64,000 bases of DNA from Candidatus Omnitrophota bacterium (GCA_903944345.1 CAJARJ010000020.1:18110-82109); one strand, 5' to 3'; positions 17,598 to 28,110 are shown, numbered from the stretch's first letter. Program-made: numbers and translations. Notes: generated by a model from the letters alone, not told the origin.

Positions 17598-20500
17598 TCA
17601 TCTTGTTTCTCTTTTAAGAGGCCGCAGGAAAAAGACCCGTTCCCCAAAGACCACCTCAACCGCGTGTGCTGCCTGCACATCCGTCAGAGTAAAAAGCCAC
17701 GTCCCGTTATCGTAGGTCAACGCCACCCCTTTGCCATCCACAAGAACGTATTTGACCGACTGCCCGGCTTCCGGAGTCAGACGAAACGTCACGGATTCTC
17801 CTCTGGGAACATTCTGCACGCCGGAAGGCTCAATGGTTCCAGGACCGCTAACCGTTGGCGTCACCGCGAAAGTGATCGAAACAGTCACTTGCCCGCTGAC
17901 TGTCCCGCCGATTCCGCTGCAAGTCAAAGAATAAACTGTTGTCGATTCTGTGGGCGTCACTTCCTCCGTCCCGGCAACAAGTTTGGCTCCTGACCAGCCA
18001 CCACCAGCTGTGCAAACCGTCGTATTGGTAGATTCCCAGACCAACGATGAAGATTCCCCCGGATCGACATTCACCGGATTGGCTGTAAAACTGAAAGTGG
18101 CCGGAATCGCAGTAAAAACAGCCGTGATAGTCTGATTGGATTGCACGTCACTGAACGTATAAGAACTGTTCGTTCCAACCGAAACTCCGTTAACAAGAAC
18201 GTCTTCTATACGATACCCCTCATCCGGCGTCACTGTAAAGACCTGACTTCCCCCTTCAGCGACCGTTGTCGTATCCGGAGCAATCGTTCCATTTGCCCCC
18301 TGGGTAACAGTCAAGGTAAACATGCGCGGTGTAACCGCGACTTCCAAAGACTCGGTATCCGTACCGCCCGGGCCGGAACAGGCCAGGGTGTAGGTGCTAT
18401 TCTGGGCAACAGTGACCGCCTCGGATCCGGCAATGGCCTTTGCCCCAGACCAGGCACCACCGGCGGTACAAGTCGTTGCAGACGTCGAAGCCCAGCTGAG
18501 AGTGGTCACATCCCCCGTAACTACAGTCAAAGGGTTAGCAGAAAAACTGACAACCGGAGCCGGAATCACAATCGAAGAAAATGACGCCGTAATCTGGTGA
18601 TCTTCTTGAACATTCATAAAAGTAAATAAAGAAATCGCGCCCTGAGATACACTGTCCACCTGAACATCTGTCACCTGGTACCCGGCATCAGGAGTAATCG
18701 TGAACGTCTGATCATTGCCCTCGAGCAGCGCAGTTGTTCCCGGGGCAATCACGCCATTATTTCCCTGGGTAACCGTCAGATTATAAACAGGAATATTAAC
18801 CGTAAGCGCAAACGTCTGCTGACTCGAAGTGCTATACCCCGTGCAGGTCAGCGTGTAATTGGCGGTTCCGGCTGCAGAGGGAGTCACCGTCTGTGTCCCC
18901 GCCGTTGCCTTGCTGCCTGACCAGTCTCCGCTAGCCGTACAACTATTAGCATAAAGGGTGGACCAGGTCAGAATCGAAGATTGCCCGACCGAAATTGTTG
19001 CCGGAGCCCCGGAAATTGTAATGACCGGTGCCGGAACAGGGATCAACGAGAAAGAAGCCGTGATGGCGTGATCGGCCTGAACATTGGTAAAAGTATAGGA
19101 GTCAACGGCTCCGAACGAAACTCCATCCACCAGCACATCCTGCACCTGATAACCAGCCTGCGGAGTCATGGTGAATGTTTTGTCGGTCCCGGCTGTAACA
19201 GCGGTTGTACCCGGAGAAATCACGCCATTAGCCGACTGGGTTACCGTTAAGGTATGCGTTGCCGGCGTAACCGTTACCGTAACCATATCCGCGCCCGCGC
19301 CCCCGTCTCCATTGCAAGTCAACGTATAACTGGCGGTGACAGCAGGGGAAACCACCTGGGTGCCAGATGTGGCTTTTGCTCCCTCCCAGGCCCCGCTGGC
19401 CCCGCAAGCATTGGCGTTCGTCGTGGTCCAGCTCAGTGTGGAGGAACCGCCCCCAATAATCCCCTCCGGAGTTGCCGTCAAAGTAACTGTCGGTGGCAAC
19501 GGGGCAAACGTTGCTGTAAGTGTATGATTGGACTGGACATCGCTAAAAGTATACTGATTGGCCGATCCTTCGGGAATGCCGTCCGCAATCACGCTCCCGA
19601 TCCGGTACAAAGGATCCGGAGTAATCGTAAATATCTGACTGGCTCCGTCTACGACAGTGACCGTACCGGGAGAAATCGTTCCGTTAGATCCTTGCGCAAC
19701 ACTCAAGGTATAATTGACAGTCCCCACTGTTACTCCGGCATTTACAGCTGTTGACCCTCCTGGGCCGTAACAAGTCAAGGTATACTGAGCGGTTGCTGCG
19801 GGGACAACGGGATGAGTTCCTGCTGTCGGTTGGAATCCCGCCCAGTCGCCGCTGGCCACACACAGTGTCGCATAATTCGTGGACCAAGTCAGGACTGAAG
19901 AGCCTCCTTCGAGAATATTGACCGGGCTGGCCGAAAAAGTGAGCTGCGGTGGAATCGGCGCGAAAACCGCGGTAATACTCGAATCCACCCTGACATCGGG
20001 AAAAGTATACGAAGTCAGAGACCCGACCGAAATTCCATTAACCAGAACGTCCTGAACCAGATAATCAGCATCGGGGGTAATGGTAAACGTCTGACTACTG
20101 CCTCCGGATACCAGCACTGTACCAGGAGCAATAGTCCCGTTGTTCCCCTGAACCACCTCGAGAGTGAACGTACGCGGATTAACCGTAACCGTTACCGTTT
20201 CGGTATCCGTGCCTGATGGGCCCGTACAGACCAAAGTATACGTTGCGGATGCAGCCGGAGTCATAATAGCCTCCCCGCCGACATCTTTCGTTCCGGTCCA
20301 GGAACCACTGGCCGTGCAGGCGGTGGCATCCGTAGCCGACCAGGTAAGAGTAGAGGAATCCCCGGCAATAATAGTGGCTGGTGCGGCGGTGAAAGTTAAT
20401 ACCGGTGCCGGCGGCGGGATCAAGGAAAAAGAAACCGCAATGGTATGGTTCGCCTGAACATTAGAGAAAATATAAGTCGGAGATGTCCCGACAGATACCC

Positions 20501-23500
20501 CATCGACCAATACATCTGCAATCTGATAACCGTTGTGCGGTGTCATTGTGAAGGTCTGATCCGTCCCCGCATTGACCGTTATCGTGGCTGGTGAAATATC
20601 TCCGTTAGTCCCCACGGTAGCCGTAAGTAAATATGTTTTGGGCTGAACAGTAACCGAAACGCTGGCATTGTCCGAACCGTCCGGTCCCGTACAGGTCAAA
20701 GTATAGGTTGCAGCAGCCGCAGGAGTGACCGCTTCTGACCCCGCAATATCCCTTGCGCCGGACCAGTCCCCGCTGGCCGTACAAGCCGTAGCGTCCGTCG
20801 TCGACCAGGTCAGGGTGGCAAAGTCCCCGGCGATAATAGTCAAAGGATCAACAGTCAATACGATCTCGGGAGGCGTCAGGGGAATCAGGGAAAAAGAAGC
20901 CGTAATACTACGATTCGCCCGCACGTTGGTGAAAGCATACTCGCTCACAGCCCCGCGGGATACTCCATCCACCAGCACATCCTGAATCTGATAACCGCTA
21001 TCCGGCGTGATTGTAAAGACCTGGTCAGCCCCGGCGTCAAGCGTGAGCGTTCCGGGAGAAATCGTGCCGTTATTTCCCTGGGTTACAGTCAGAGTATACG
21101 TCAACGGCTGAACAGTCACTGTCGTTGAATTCTCCCCGCTGCCGCCGGCACCGGTACAAGTCAATGTGTACGTTTCTGTTTGCGCCGGTGTAAGCGTAGC
21201 CGTTCCTGTTGTCGCTCTGGATCCGGTCCATCCTCCGCTGGCCGTACAGGCCGTAGCATCAGTAGCCGACCAGGTCAGGGTGGTTGATTCTCCGGTATAA
21301 ATCGTGGACGGACTGGCTGAAATGCTAACAACCGGCGGCACAACCGGGATCAGGGAGAAAGAAGCCGAAAGCGTATGATCAGCAGAAATATTCGGGAATG
21401 TATACGAAGTTATCGAGCCTTGGGAATTACCGTCCACCAGAACCGCCTGCACCTGATAACCGCTATTGGGTGTTATGGCAAACGTGGGAGAACTGCCGGC
21501 CGCCACGGTCGTCGTTCCGGGTGAAACACTGCCATTGGAGCCCGCACTCACGGTCACGGTATACTCAACAATTTCTTCGGCAACTGTCACCGGAATGGCC
21601 GCAGAAGTGGTCTGTGCTCCATTATTATCAGTCACCTTCAGCCGGGCCACGTAATTACCCAAAGCCGCGTAGGTATGCTGGACAATAGGATTAGTAGCAT
21701 GCGCTGACCCGTCGCCAAAGTCCCAATCATAAGAGGCGATGTTACCATCGGGATCATACGAGTCGGTTCCCACAAAATCGACCACCAAAGGTGGCTCGCC
21801 CGAGGAAGGGAGCGCCGTACCTCTTGCTATCGGAGGAGTATTGGTTCCGGCAAACGTATACGTGATCTTGCTGTAATTGCTGTTGTTATCGATGCTCAGC
21901 GGTAAACCCGTGGCTGAAGACAAAACCGCCATACTTTCCGGATTCAGAAGTGCAAAACTGCTTACTTGAAGAGGACTCGCCGAAGTGTTGTCTACCAAAA
22001 CAAGATAATAATCTTTGGACGTTGTTGTTGCCGGCAGTAGATCGGTAAAATCAAAAAGGAAATCGCCGCTCATCGCAGTCGTCGTTCCGTTAAAAGCATA
22101 ATCCCCACCCTGATAATACAGCGCCCCCGGATACCATTCGGTACGAGTGGAATACGCTGCCCCGGCATCGGCAATCGCCAGTGCCACTTCAATCTGCTGG
22201 CGCTTGGCATGATTCAATGTAAATTTCCCGACCAGCTTGGGCACATAAGTTCCCCCTGATCTGACCGTCATGGCAAAAATTTGCTGTCCTGTAAACATGG
22301 GTTGTCTTCCGGAAGAAGGGCCTCCGCTCACCTGTGTAATCGGCCGAAGCGCATCATAGGACACCCACACAAACCCGCTGTTGCCCCAACTGGTGCCCCA
22401 GGAATTGGCAATTTTGAAAGCTCCCAGTTCATTGGCATCCAGAGTCGAATTGCCATTGACATCAATCCATAAATTATCATTGTATCCGACTATAGTAATG
22501 AAATGACCGCCATCCTGACCATTCTGCCAGGAAATCGCTTCCTGACCAATATAGCTGTTGTCATCCGTCGTAGCCGGATTATCGCGCACTGTGGTCATCA
22601 CCCAGGAATAGGCATAAGTGCCCCCTGTAAGAACATAACCATTATTCAAAAGTTTCTTGACCAGCAACATGCCTTCGTTTGTGCCGACATTATCCACATA
22701 AACAGCCGTATTTGCCCGGGCTTTAAGCGCTTCCCGCCAGGTGGCAGCATCGGTCACCCAGGGAAGATAACTGCTGTCATAAGGAACCAGCGACCAGACA
22801 GGCGCCCCGTGCTGAAGCATCAAAATATAGGCATGAACCGCATAACTTCCGCCATCCGCGCCACCATTGATCATATTGTAAATAAATTTGGGAGAATACT
22901 TGGTCGAATTATCCGCGTTATTGATCGCAATATTTTTTTCGCGGGCGATCATGTAAGACAACTGATAATAGCCGGCGGCAAAAGCCACACAGGAACCAAG
23001 CAAGCCTTGATCCCTGATCGGAGGGAACCATTGCAAAAGACTGTTGTCGGCAGAAAGAGGAAGCGAGGCCCCGACAAGATCGGAGACGGAAGCCGCATTA
23101 TAATTTAAAATACCGGTTGAAGCAGGCGAACTCACAATATCGTCAGCGGTGCTCTCAATCTCCTGGCCAGAAGTAATTGCCAACGCCGAGGGCAAAAGGG
23201 GACGGCGTTGCTGCTGCAAATGAGCATTGACACGCTGCAGTCCAAACGCATTAAGCCTGACATTGGTGACCCGATTGAAACTTTTACGTATGCGGGCTTC
23301 TTCCTCTATTGAATACTTCATCCCGGTCTTGAGGTTCGGATGTGTCTTTGGAGTGTATTTATTGCGGACTGTATTAAGTGTGACAACCTGTGCGCAAGCT
23401 AGCTCGGAGGAACCGCCACCTCCCAAACGCGCCAGCGGAAAACCAGCCGTGAGCAGACAAGAAAAGATCAGCAAACAACGTAATATAGCACCGGGTTTCA

Positions 23501-23540
23501 GCATAATCTTTCTTTCTGCTCCCCAAGAGTTTATAAACAC
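17598..23540 (-). CDS. Giant secreted multidomain protein with a papain-like (C1) cysteine peptidase, a beta-sandwich, a PKD domain and about 8.4 copies of an (InlB-B-repeat-like plus two-Cys Ig-like) unit
   Basis: A signal-like segment is present (LRCLLIFSCLLTAGF). The catalytic residues are in context: Gln/Cys in RDQGLLGSCVAF (Cys184), His in GGHFITIVGY (His346) and Asn in ANSWGTSWGNSGFVWVSY. The PKD motif is DPDGNIASYDWDFGDGS. The ORF-track start is a GTG at 23540; an ATG at 23504 (MLKPGAIL) is an alternative. Confidence 0.85.
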   Translation of the reverse strand: MFINSWGAERKIMLKPGAILRCLLIFSCLLTAGFPLARLGGGGSSELACAQVVTLNTVRNKYTPKTHPNLKTGMKYSIEEEARIRKSFNRVTNVRLNAFGLQRVNAHLQQQRRPLLPSALAITSGQEIESTADDIVSSPASTGILNYNAASVSDLVGASLPLSADNSLLQWFPPIRDQGLLGSCVAFAAGYYQLSYMIAREKNIAINNADNSTKYSPKFIYNMINGGADGGSYAVHAYILMLQHGAPVWSLVPYDSSYLPWVTDAATWREALKARANTAVYVDNVGTNEGMLLVKKLLNNGYVLTGGTYAYSWVMTTVRDNPATTDDNSYIGQEAISWQNGQDGGHFITIVGYNDNLWIDVNGNSTLDANELGAFKIANSWGTSWGNSGFVWVSYDALRPITQVSGGPSSGRQPMFTGQQIFAMTVRSGGTYVPKLVGKFTLNHAKRQQIEVALAIADAGAAYSTRTEWYPGALYYQGGDYAFNGTTTAMSGDFLFDFTDLLPATTTSKDYYLVLVDNTSASPLQVSSFALLNPESMAVLSSATGLPLSIDNNSNYSKITYTFAGTNTPPIARGTALPSSGEPPLVVDFVGTDSYDPDGNIASYDWDFGDGSAHATNPIVQHTYAALGNYVARLKVTDNNGAQTTSAAIPVTVAEEIVEYTVTVSAGSNGSVSPGTTTVAAGSSPTFAITPNSGYQVQAVLVDGNSQGSITSYTFPNISADHTLSASFSLIPVVPPVVSISASPSTIYTGESTTLTWSATDATACTASGGWTGSRATTGTATLTPAQTETYTLTCTGAGGSGENSTTVTVQPLTYTLTVTQGNNGTISPGTLTLDAGADQVFTITPDSGYQIQDVLVDGVSRGAVSEYAFTNVRANRSITASFSLIPLTPPEIVLTVDPLTIIAGDFATLTWSTTDATACTASGDWSGARDIAGSEAVTPAAAATYTLTCTGPDGSDNASVSVTVQPKTYLLTATVGTNGDISPATITVNAGTDQTFTMTPHNGYQIADVLVDGVSVGTSPTYIFSNVQANHTIAVSFSLIPPPAPVLTFTAAPATIIAGDSSTLTWSATDATACTASGSWTGTKDVGGEAIMTPAASATYTLVCTGPSGTDTETVTVTVNPRTFTLEVVQGNNGTIAPGTVLVSGGSSQTFTITPDADYLVQDVLVNGISVGSLTSYTFPDVRVDSSITAVFAPIPPQLTFSASPVNILEGGSSVLTWSTNYATLCVASGDWAGFQPTAGTHPVVPAATAQYTLTCYGPGGSTAVNAGVTVGTVNYTLSVAQGSNGTISPGTVTVVDGASQIFTITPDPLYRIGSVIADGIPEGSANQYTFSDVQSNHTLTATFAPLPPTVTLTATPEGIIGGGSSTLSWTTTNANACGASGAWEGAKATSGTQVVSPAVTASYTLTCNGDGGAGADMVTVTVTPATHTLTVTQSANGVISPGTTAVTAGTDKTFTMTPQAGYQVQDVLVDGVSFGAVDSYTFTNVQADHAITASFSLIPVPAPVITISGAPATISVGQSSILTWSTLYANSCTASGDWSGSKATAGTQTVTPSAAGTANYTLTCTGYSTSSQQTFALTVNIPVYNLTVTQGNNGVIAPGTTALLEGNDQTFTITPDAGYQVTDVQVDSVSQGAISLFTFMNVQEDHQITASFSSIVIPAPVVSFSANPLTVVTGDVTTLSWASTSATTCTAGGAWSGAKAIAGSEAVTVAQNSTYTLACSGPGGTDTESLEVAVTPRMFTLTVTQGANGTIAPDTTTVAEGGSQVFTVTPDEGYRIEDVLVNGVSVGTNSSYTFSDVQSNQTITAVFTAIPATFSFTANPVNVDPGESSSLVWESTNTTVCTAGGGWSGAKLVAGTEEVTPTESTTVYSLTCSGIGGTVSGQVTVSITFAVTPTVSGPGTIEPSGVQNVPRGESVTFRLTPEAGQSVKYVLVDGKGVALTYDNGTWLFTLTDVQAAHAVEVVFGERVFFLRPLKRETR
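17650..21566 (-). repeat. In-frame tandem coding repeat, with a period of about 465 nt (about 155 aa) and about 8.4 copies
   Basis: Nine copies of the A module (YTLTVTQGNNGTISPG...ITASF) alternate with eight copies of the B module (TLTWS.TDATACTASG.W.G...YTLTCTG). Nucleotide strings such as cgaccaggtcagggtgg recur at about 460-nt spacing (for example about 20800 and 21260). Confidence 0.8.
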
Positions 23541-23642
23541 TTAACACCTGCCTGATCCAGGACTTTGCATCCCGGGGCCTCAGACAGACTGACTCGTGAA
23601 AAGCATAGCATAATGGGAAGAGAGGGTACAAGCAGGTATTGT

Positions 23643-23696
23643 AAAAAAATAAACACCGCCTCTGCCTGACGCTTTTACGCCAAACAGAAGCGGTGT
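23643..23696 (-). terminator. Rho-independent terminator downstream of gap
   Basis: On the minus strand an 11-bp stem (CACCGCTTCTG / CAGAGGCGGTG, one mismatch) is followed by TTTATTTTTTT. It lies 54 nt after the gap stop. Confidence 0.55.
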
Positions 23697-23749
23697 CTGA
23701 TCTTTGCCAACTGAAAGGAAATTACATCACAGGAACAAAACCTGCGAAT

Positions 23750-24856
<1,107 letters not shown>

Positions 24857-24992
24857 TCACACAGCCGCGCTCTCCTGGACAAAAGGAATGCGGTACGAAA
24901 TCCTGAAACTGTCCGGCGATTATAGCAAAAACCAGGATTTGGGCAACTGAATTTACATCTTGCCTGTCTTTGAATGTCGGCTGTCTATAGAC

Positions 24993-26270
24993 TCAGAAAT
25001 TAATCAGCAAGCCCGTGCTTTCGCTCAAAGGCTGCTCAAAATAACTCCCGCGATTTTCTTTGTACGAGTTTTCTGCCAGCAGACGAGCCCGGACAACGTC
25101 GGCAGAGCCTGACAGACGGCCCAGCATGTCCTTGTAAACAGCAGGGAAATACTCTTCTTCCCGGGCTGCAACAAGCACGGCGCGCAAAACCTCCCGCTTG
25201 TTTTCAATAATCGATCGATAGGCTTGCGGTAACCGCGGCAACAACAAACAATGCTCCAGGTAATTAATGGCCCGGATATAGACCTGCCGGGCCTCTGCCA
25301 GAGCCAGATGCGAAGAAAGCACCAAAACACGTGCTTCGCGAACAGAATCGGGCAGCATGTCCAACTGCGCCAGGATCCTGTCAGTAACCGGCACCCCGGG
25401 CAGAGACAAACGGATCAGCTTGCCCTCCGAGACCCGCCCGTCGAGCGAAAAATCTTCTGCCGCCTTCTGCCAGAGGGCGACAAACTCCTGCCGCGCCTCC
25501 GCGACAACAGAGGCAAAGGAACGTTTAGGAAAAACTTCGCTGATATCATTGGCTGTGATCACCACTTCCCCGCTGAGCGCGGCGACCTTGTCACCCTCAT
25601 TAAGCTGTGGAAGTCCCAGCAGTCCCACCGCATCACGCACAACATGCACTGACCTACGCCCGTCTTCAAGCGTCCCGGCATCCTGAATGCAGGGCAGAAA
25701 TGAAAACGGCGCTTTGACCTTGCGACAATCGCCAAGCGCCCGCATCAATCCGTTATCCTGCCTGGCCAGCAGACATTCCCGGACTGAAAGCTTGCGCAAG
25801 CGTTCGTTCAGGTTATCAGAGGGTAAATCCAGCCTTAATAGTCCCAGCTCTTCCAGCAACAAGCTCTGCATGGACTGTGTCCGGTAATGTTTAACAATAT
25901 CTGCCAGCGCGGGACTGGAATACGACAAACGCAACAGGTCATACGCACTGACCGGAACCTTATCCAGCAGGCGTCGGGATAAAAGAGGCCGCAGCCCCTC
26001 CTCAATTTCCTGCCGGAACGCCAGCTCACGATCGTCCAGGCGTACCGGCCGCAGCAGCGGGCCAGTCGAAGCCTTGTCCAGCTCGCTCACTTTGGCTTGG
26101 TGCTGTGCGCGGTCAAGGCCCGGTGTCCGATAATAACAAAACCCCCGGTCGTCAATAACCGCCTTGCGTAAACGGGTATCCGCAGGCGCGTCCGGTGCAA
26201 AAATATCAGCGGCCGCCGGCACTCCCACCAAAAGCAGAACCAGAGGGAACCATCTTAGAACAAACAGCAT
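24993..26270 (-). CDS. Secreted protein of unknown function, last gene of the Tra/Pil operon
   Basis: The signal peptide is MLFVLRWFPLVLLLVGVPAAADIF. The start at the ATG at 26270 has a GGAG RBS and overlaps the traU stop by 16 nt. I recognise no motif. Its size and position next to the TraU-like gene recall the PFL_4711-type partner in ICE T4SS, but this is unverified. Confidence 0.5.
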   Translation of the reverse strand: MLFVLRWFPLVLLLVGVPAAADIFAPDAPADTRLRKAVIDDRGFCYYRTPGLDRAQHQAKVSELDKASTGPLLRPVRLDDRELAFRQEIEEGLRPLLSRRLLDKVPVSAYDLLRLSYSSPALADIVKHYRTQSMQSLLLEELGLLRLDLPSDNLNERLRKLSVRECLLARQDNGLMRALGDCRKVKAPFSFLPCIQDAGTLEDGRRSVHVVRDAVGLLGLPQLNEGDKVAALSGEVVITANDISEVFPKRSFASVVAEARQEFVALWQKAAEDFSLDGRVSEGKLIRLSLPGVPVTDRILAQLDMLPDSVREARVLVLSSHLALAEARQVYIRAINYLEHCLLLPRLPQAYRSIIENKREVLRAVLVAAREEEYFPAVYKDMLGRLSGSADVVRARLLAENSYKENRGSYFEQPLSESTGLLINF

Positions 26271-27157
26271 TCTTTCTGTCTCCAATAAATCCAGACATAA
26301 CTGCCGTCCGCCGAACGCCGGCCGTTCTCCCACAGATCCGCCTGCTCTCCGACGCGCAAGCAACGGCTCTTTGACGGAAAGACCATCTGCAACCGATCCC
26401 TCAATTTGTCTGGCGAGAACATGGCCGGCACAATAATCCGATGCGGAACCAGCATGTTCAACGAAGCAATATCCACCGCCCGGTAGGCTGCCACGGCCGA
26501 GCCGACGGCCTCGCTATAATGAACCAGCTGTCCGGTCCGCGGAAACAACGGCCCCCAGCTGCCCAGACATGCCACAGCCGACAAAGGATGCAGGAAGTTC
26601 TCACACACCGGCCCGGCTGCGGCCAGAAGACGCGCCAGAGGATGCCCTGCTTCCCCGCGACCAACGCGCCACTCGGCAGCGTCAATCTCACTTAAATAGG
26701 ACAATGGCCCCGCAAGATCCGGGGGCCCCTCGCACGGCGCCAGAATAAGAGCAGACACCTGATCAGATAAAGGAAAACCGTAAACATGAACATCGTTCAT
26801 TTGCAAGGCCGTGGTGTCGGAGGCGTACGCGCTCCCGCTGTCGGGAGCGGCCTGACATTCCGCCGCCGCAGTAATGGTCTTGTTCCCCAATGACTGCAAA
26901 AACTTTCCCGCCAACGGACGCAATTCGTCAATCATGACCCGGCCCGGCATCTTGACGGTCTCAACAAGCAAGACCGGTTGACGGTAACGCACTCGCACCC
27001 CCACAAAAGGAGGAGTCGACCGCCGACAAACACCGATCACACGAAAATCCACACAATCCAGATCAGCGCGTAATGCCAGCGTGGACAGACTCTCAGCGCA
27101 GACAGGTACGGACAGCACAAGCCATATCAGCACAGAAACATTTATTACCCGGAACAT
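26255..27157 (-). CDS. traU: TraU-like conjugative T4SS periplasmic protein
   Basis: It has a signal peptide. YLSEIDAAEW compares with F TraU YLSEIDPTW. The C-terminal YVWIYWRQKECCLF compares with F TraU GYLMWRKRNCVFL. An AGGAGAG RBS is present. Confidence 0.75.
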   Translation of the reverse strand: MFRVINVSVLIWLVLSVPVCAESLSTLALRADLDCVDFRVIGVCRRSTPPFVGVRVRYRQPVLLVETVKMPGRVMIDELRPLAGKFLQSLGNKTITAAAECQAAPDSGSAYASDTTALQMNDVHVYGFPLSDQVSALILAPCEGPPDLAGPLSYLSEIDAAEWRVGRGEAGHPLARLLAAAGPVCENFLHPLSAVACLGSWGPLFPRTGQLVHYSEAVGSAVAAYRAVDIASLNMLVPHRIIVPAMFSPDKLRDRLQMVFPSKSRCLRVGEQADLWENGRRSADGSYVWIYWRQKECCLF

Positions 27158-27178
27158 AAGAGCTCTCCTGCCGGAACA

Positions 27179-28102
27179 TCAGCCGCAACGAATGATCCAG
27201 AACATGGCCAAAGACGGCTGCATATTATTGTGCGCCTGGCCGCCCCCAGCGTTTTCTGTCGGATGAAGATATGGCACCGCCGGAATATTGTCATAATCCA
27301 GCGACTCCGCGTTCCCTTGCGCTGACCCGCCCCACCCCTGATTCTCGCTGAAAGTGTAATCATACATATTATGCTTGTGAGCGGGCATTTCCGGGATCGT
27401 CAACACATGCATCTCTGCCCCCAGCCGGCCACCTAGTACCGATGCTGACGGATGACTAACCACATTCGCCGCACTGCCCGTCATATTGTCCATTCCAATG
27501 GGCACGCGTCCCCGAAGGTCAGGCAAGGCAAACGTACTTGTTCCGTCTCCAGCACCATAAACTGTACCGATCAACGCAAACAAAAGAGTGTACTGCTCAC
27601 GTGAAATCGTCCGGCCGTCGCAAGGCAACCAACCCTCAGGTATTGTCGTGCCGGGCCAGGGGATCATGCTGCCAATCGGAAGGGCGGCATCAGGATCCTG
27701 GGCAAAACCGATATCCGACTGCACCCGGCCGTCTTGAACAACGCTTATTGGTGTCATACGCGCAACAAAGGCGGACAGCTGCGCAGGAACTTCTGTCTCA
27801 AGCATCATCCCGGCCCCCGATGAAGATAAAACATACTGACCTCCAAAAGGGTTTTTGCCCTCCCACGCCGCAGGCATATAGCCACCCTCCCTTAAATTTT
27901 GCCAATTCTGCGGCCAGACATGCTCTTTACGCTGAAATGCCCTGACAGCCTCGGTGATCCGCCCTATCTCCGCGACCGTGATGCGGGCAGCCTCAAGCTG
28001 GACACCGCGCAGAACACCGGGCACAACAATACTGACCAGAAGCCCCGCAATCAGCAGAGAAATCGACAGCTCAATCAGAGAAAATCCCTTGTCCGACCCC
28101 AT
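27179..28102 (-). CDS. Minor type IV pilin fused to a phage tail-collar (MdpB-like) domain; putative tip adhesin
   Basis: The class III signal is MGSDKG|FSLIELSISLLIAGLL. The C-terminal half reads GWLPCDGRTISREQYTLLFALIGTVYGAGDGTSTFALPDLRGRVPIG...MPAHKH...GGGQAHNNMQPSLAMFWII, which is the Collar/MdpB signature. A GGAGGTGG RBS is present. Confidence 0.8.
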   Translation of the reverse strand: MGSDKGFSLIELSISLLIAGLLVSIVVPGVLRGVQLEAARITVAEIGRITEAVRAFQRKEHVWPQNWQNLREGGYMPAAWEGKNPFGGQYVLSSSGAGMMLETEVPAQLSAFVARMTPISVVQDGRVQSDIGFAQDPDAALPIGSMIPWPGTTIPEGWLPCDGRTISREQYTLLFALIGTVYGAGDGTSTFALPDLRGRVPIGMDNMTGSAANVVSHPSASVLGGRLGAEMHVLTIPEMPAHKHNMYDYTFSENQGWGGSAQGNAESLDYDNIPAVPYLHPTENAGGGQAHNNMQPSLAMFWIIRCG

Positions 28103-28110
28103 ACCACCTC

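Noticed and set aside
17650-21566. Regular repeat periodicity that could suggest a CRISPR or satellite array.
   Set aside because: The period is about 465 nt, the repeats are in frame and translate into folded domain repeats, and there is no short repeat/spacer structure or cas gene.
27179-27682. The phage tail-collar domain as evidence of a prophage.
   Set aside because: No other phage genes (capsid, terminase, portal, tail tube, integrase) occur in the window. The domain is fused in frame to a pilin inside the pilus operon.
27179-28102. A shufflon or invertible segment at the adhesin pilin, as in R64 pilV.
   Set aside because: No alternative C-terminal cassettes, no 19-bp-type inverted repeats and no Rci-like recombinase are visible downstream. 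The next gene (traU) starts 22 nt after the stop.
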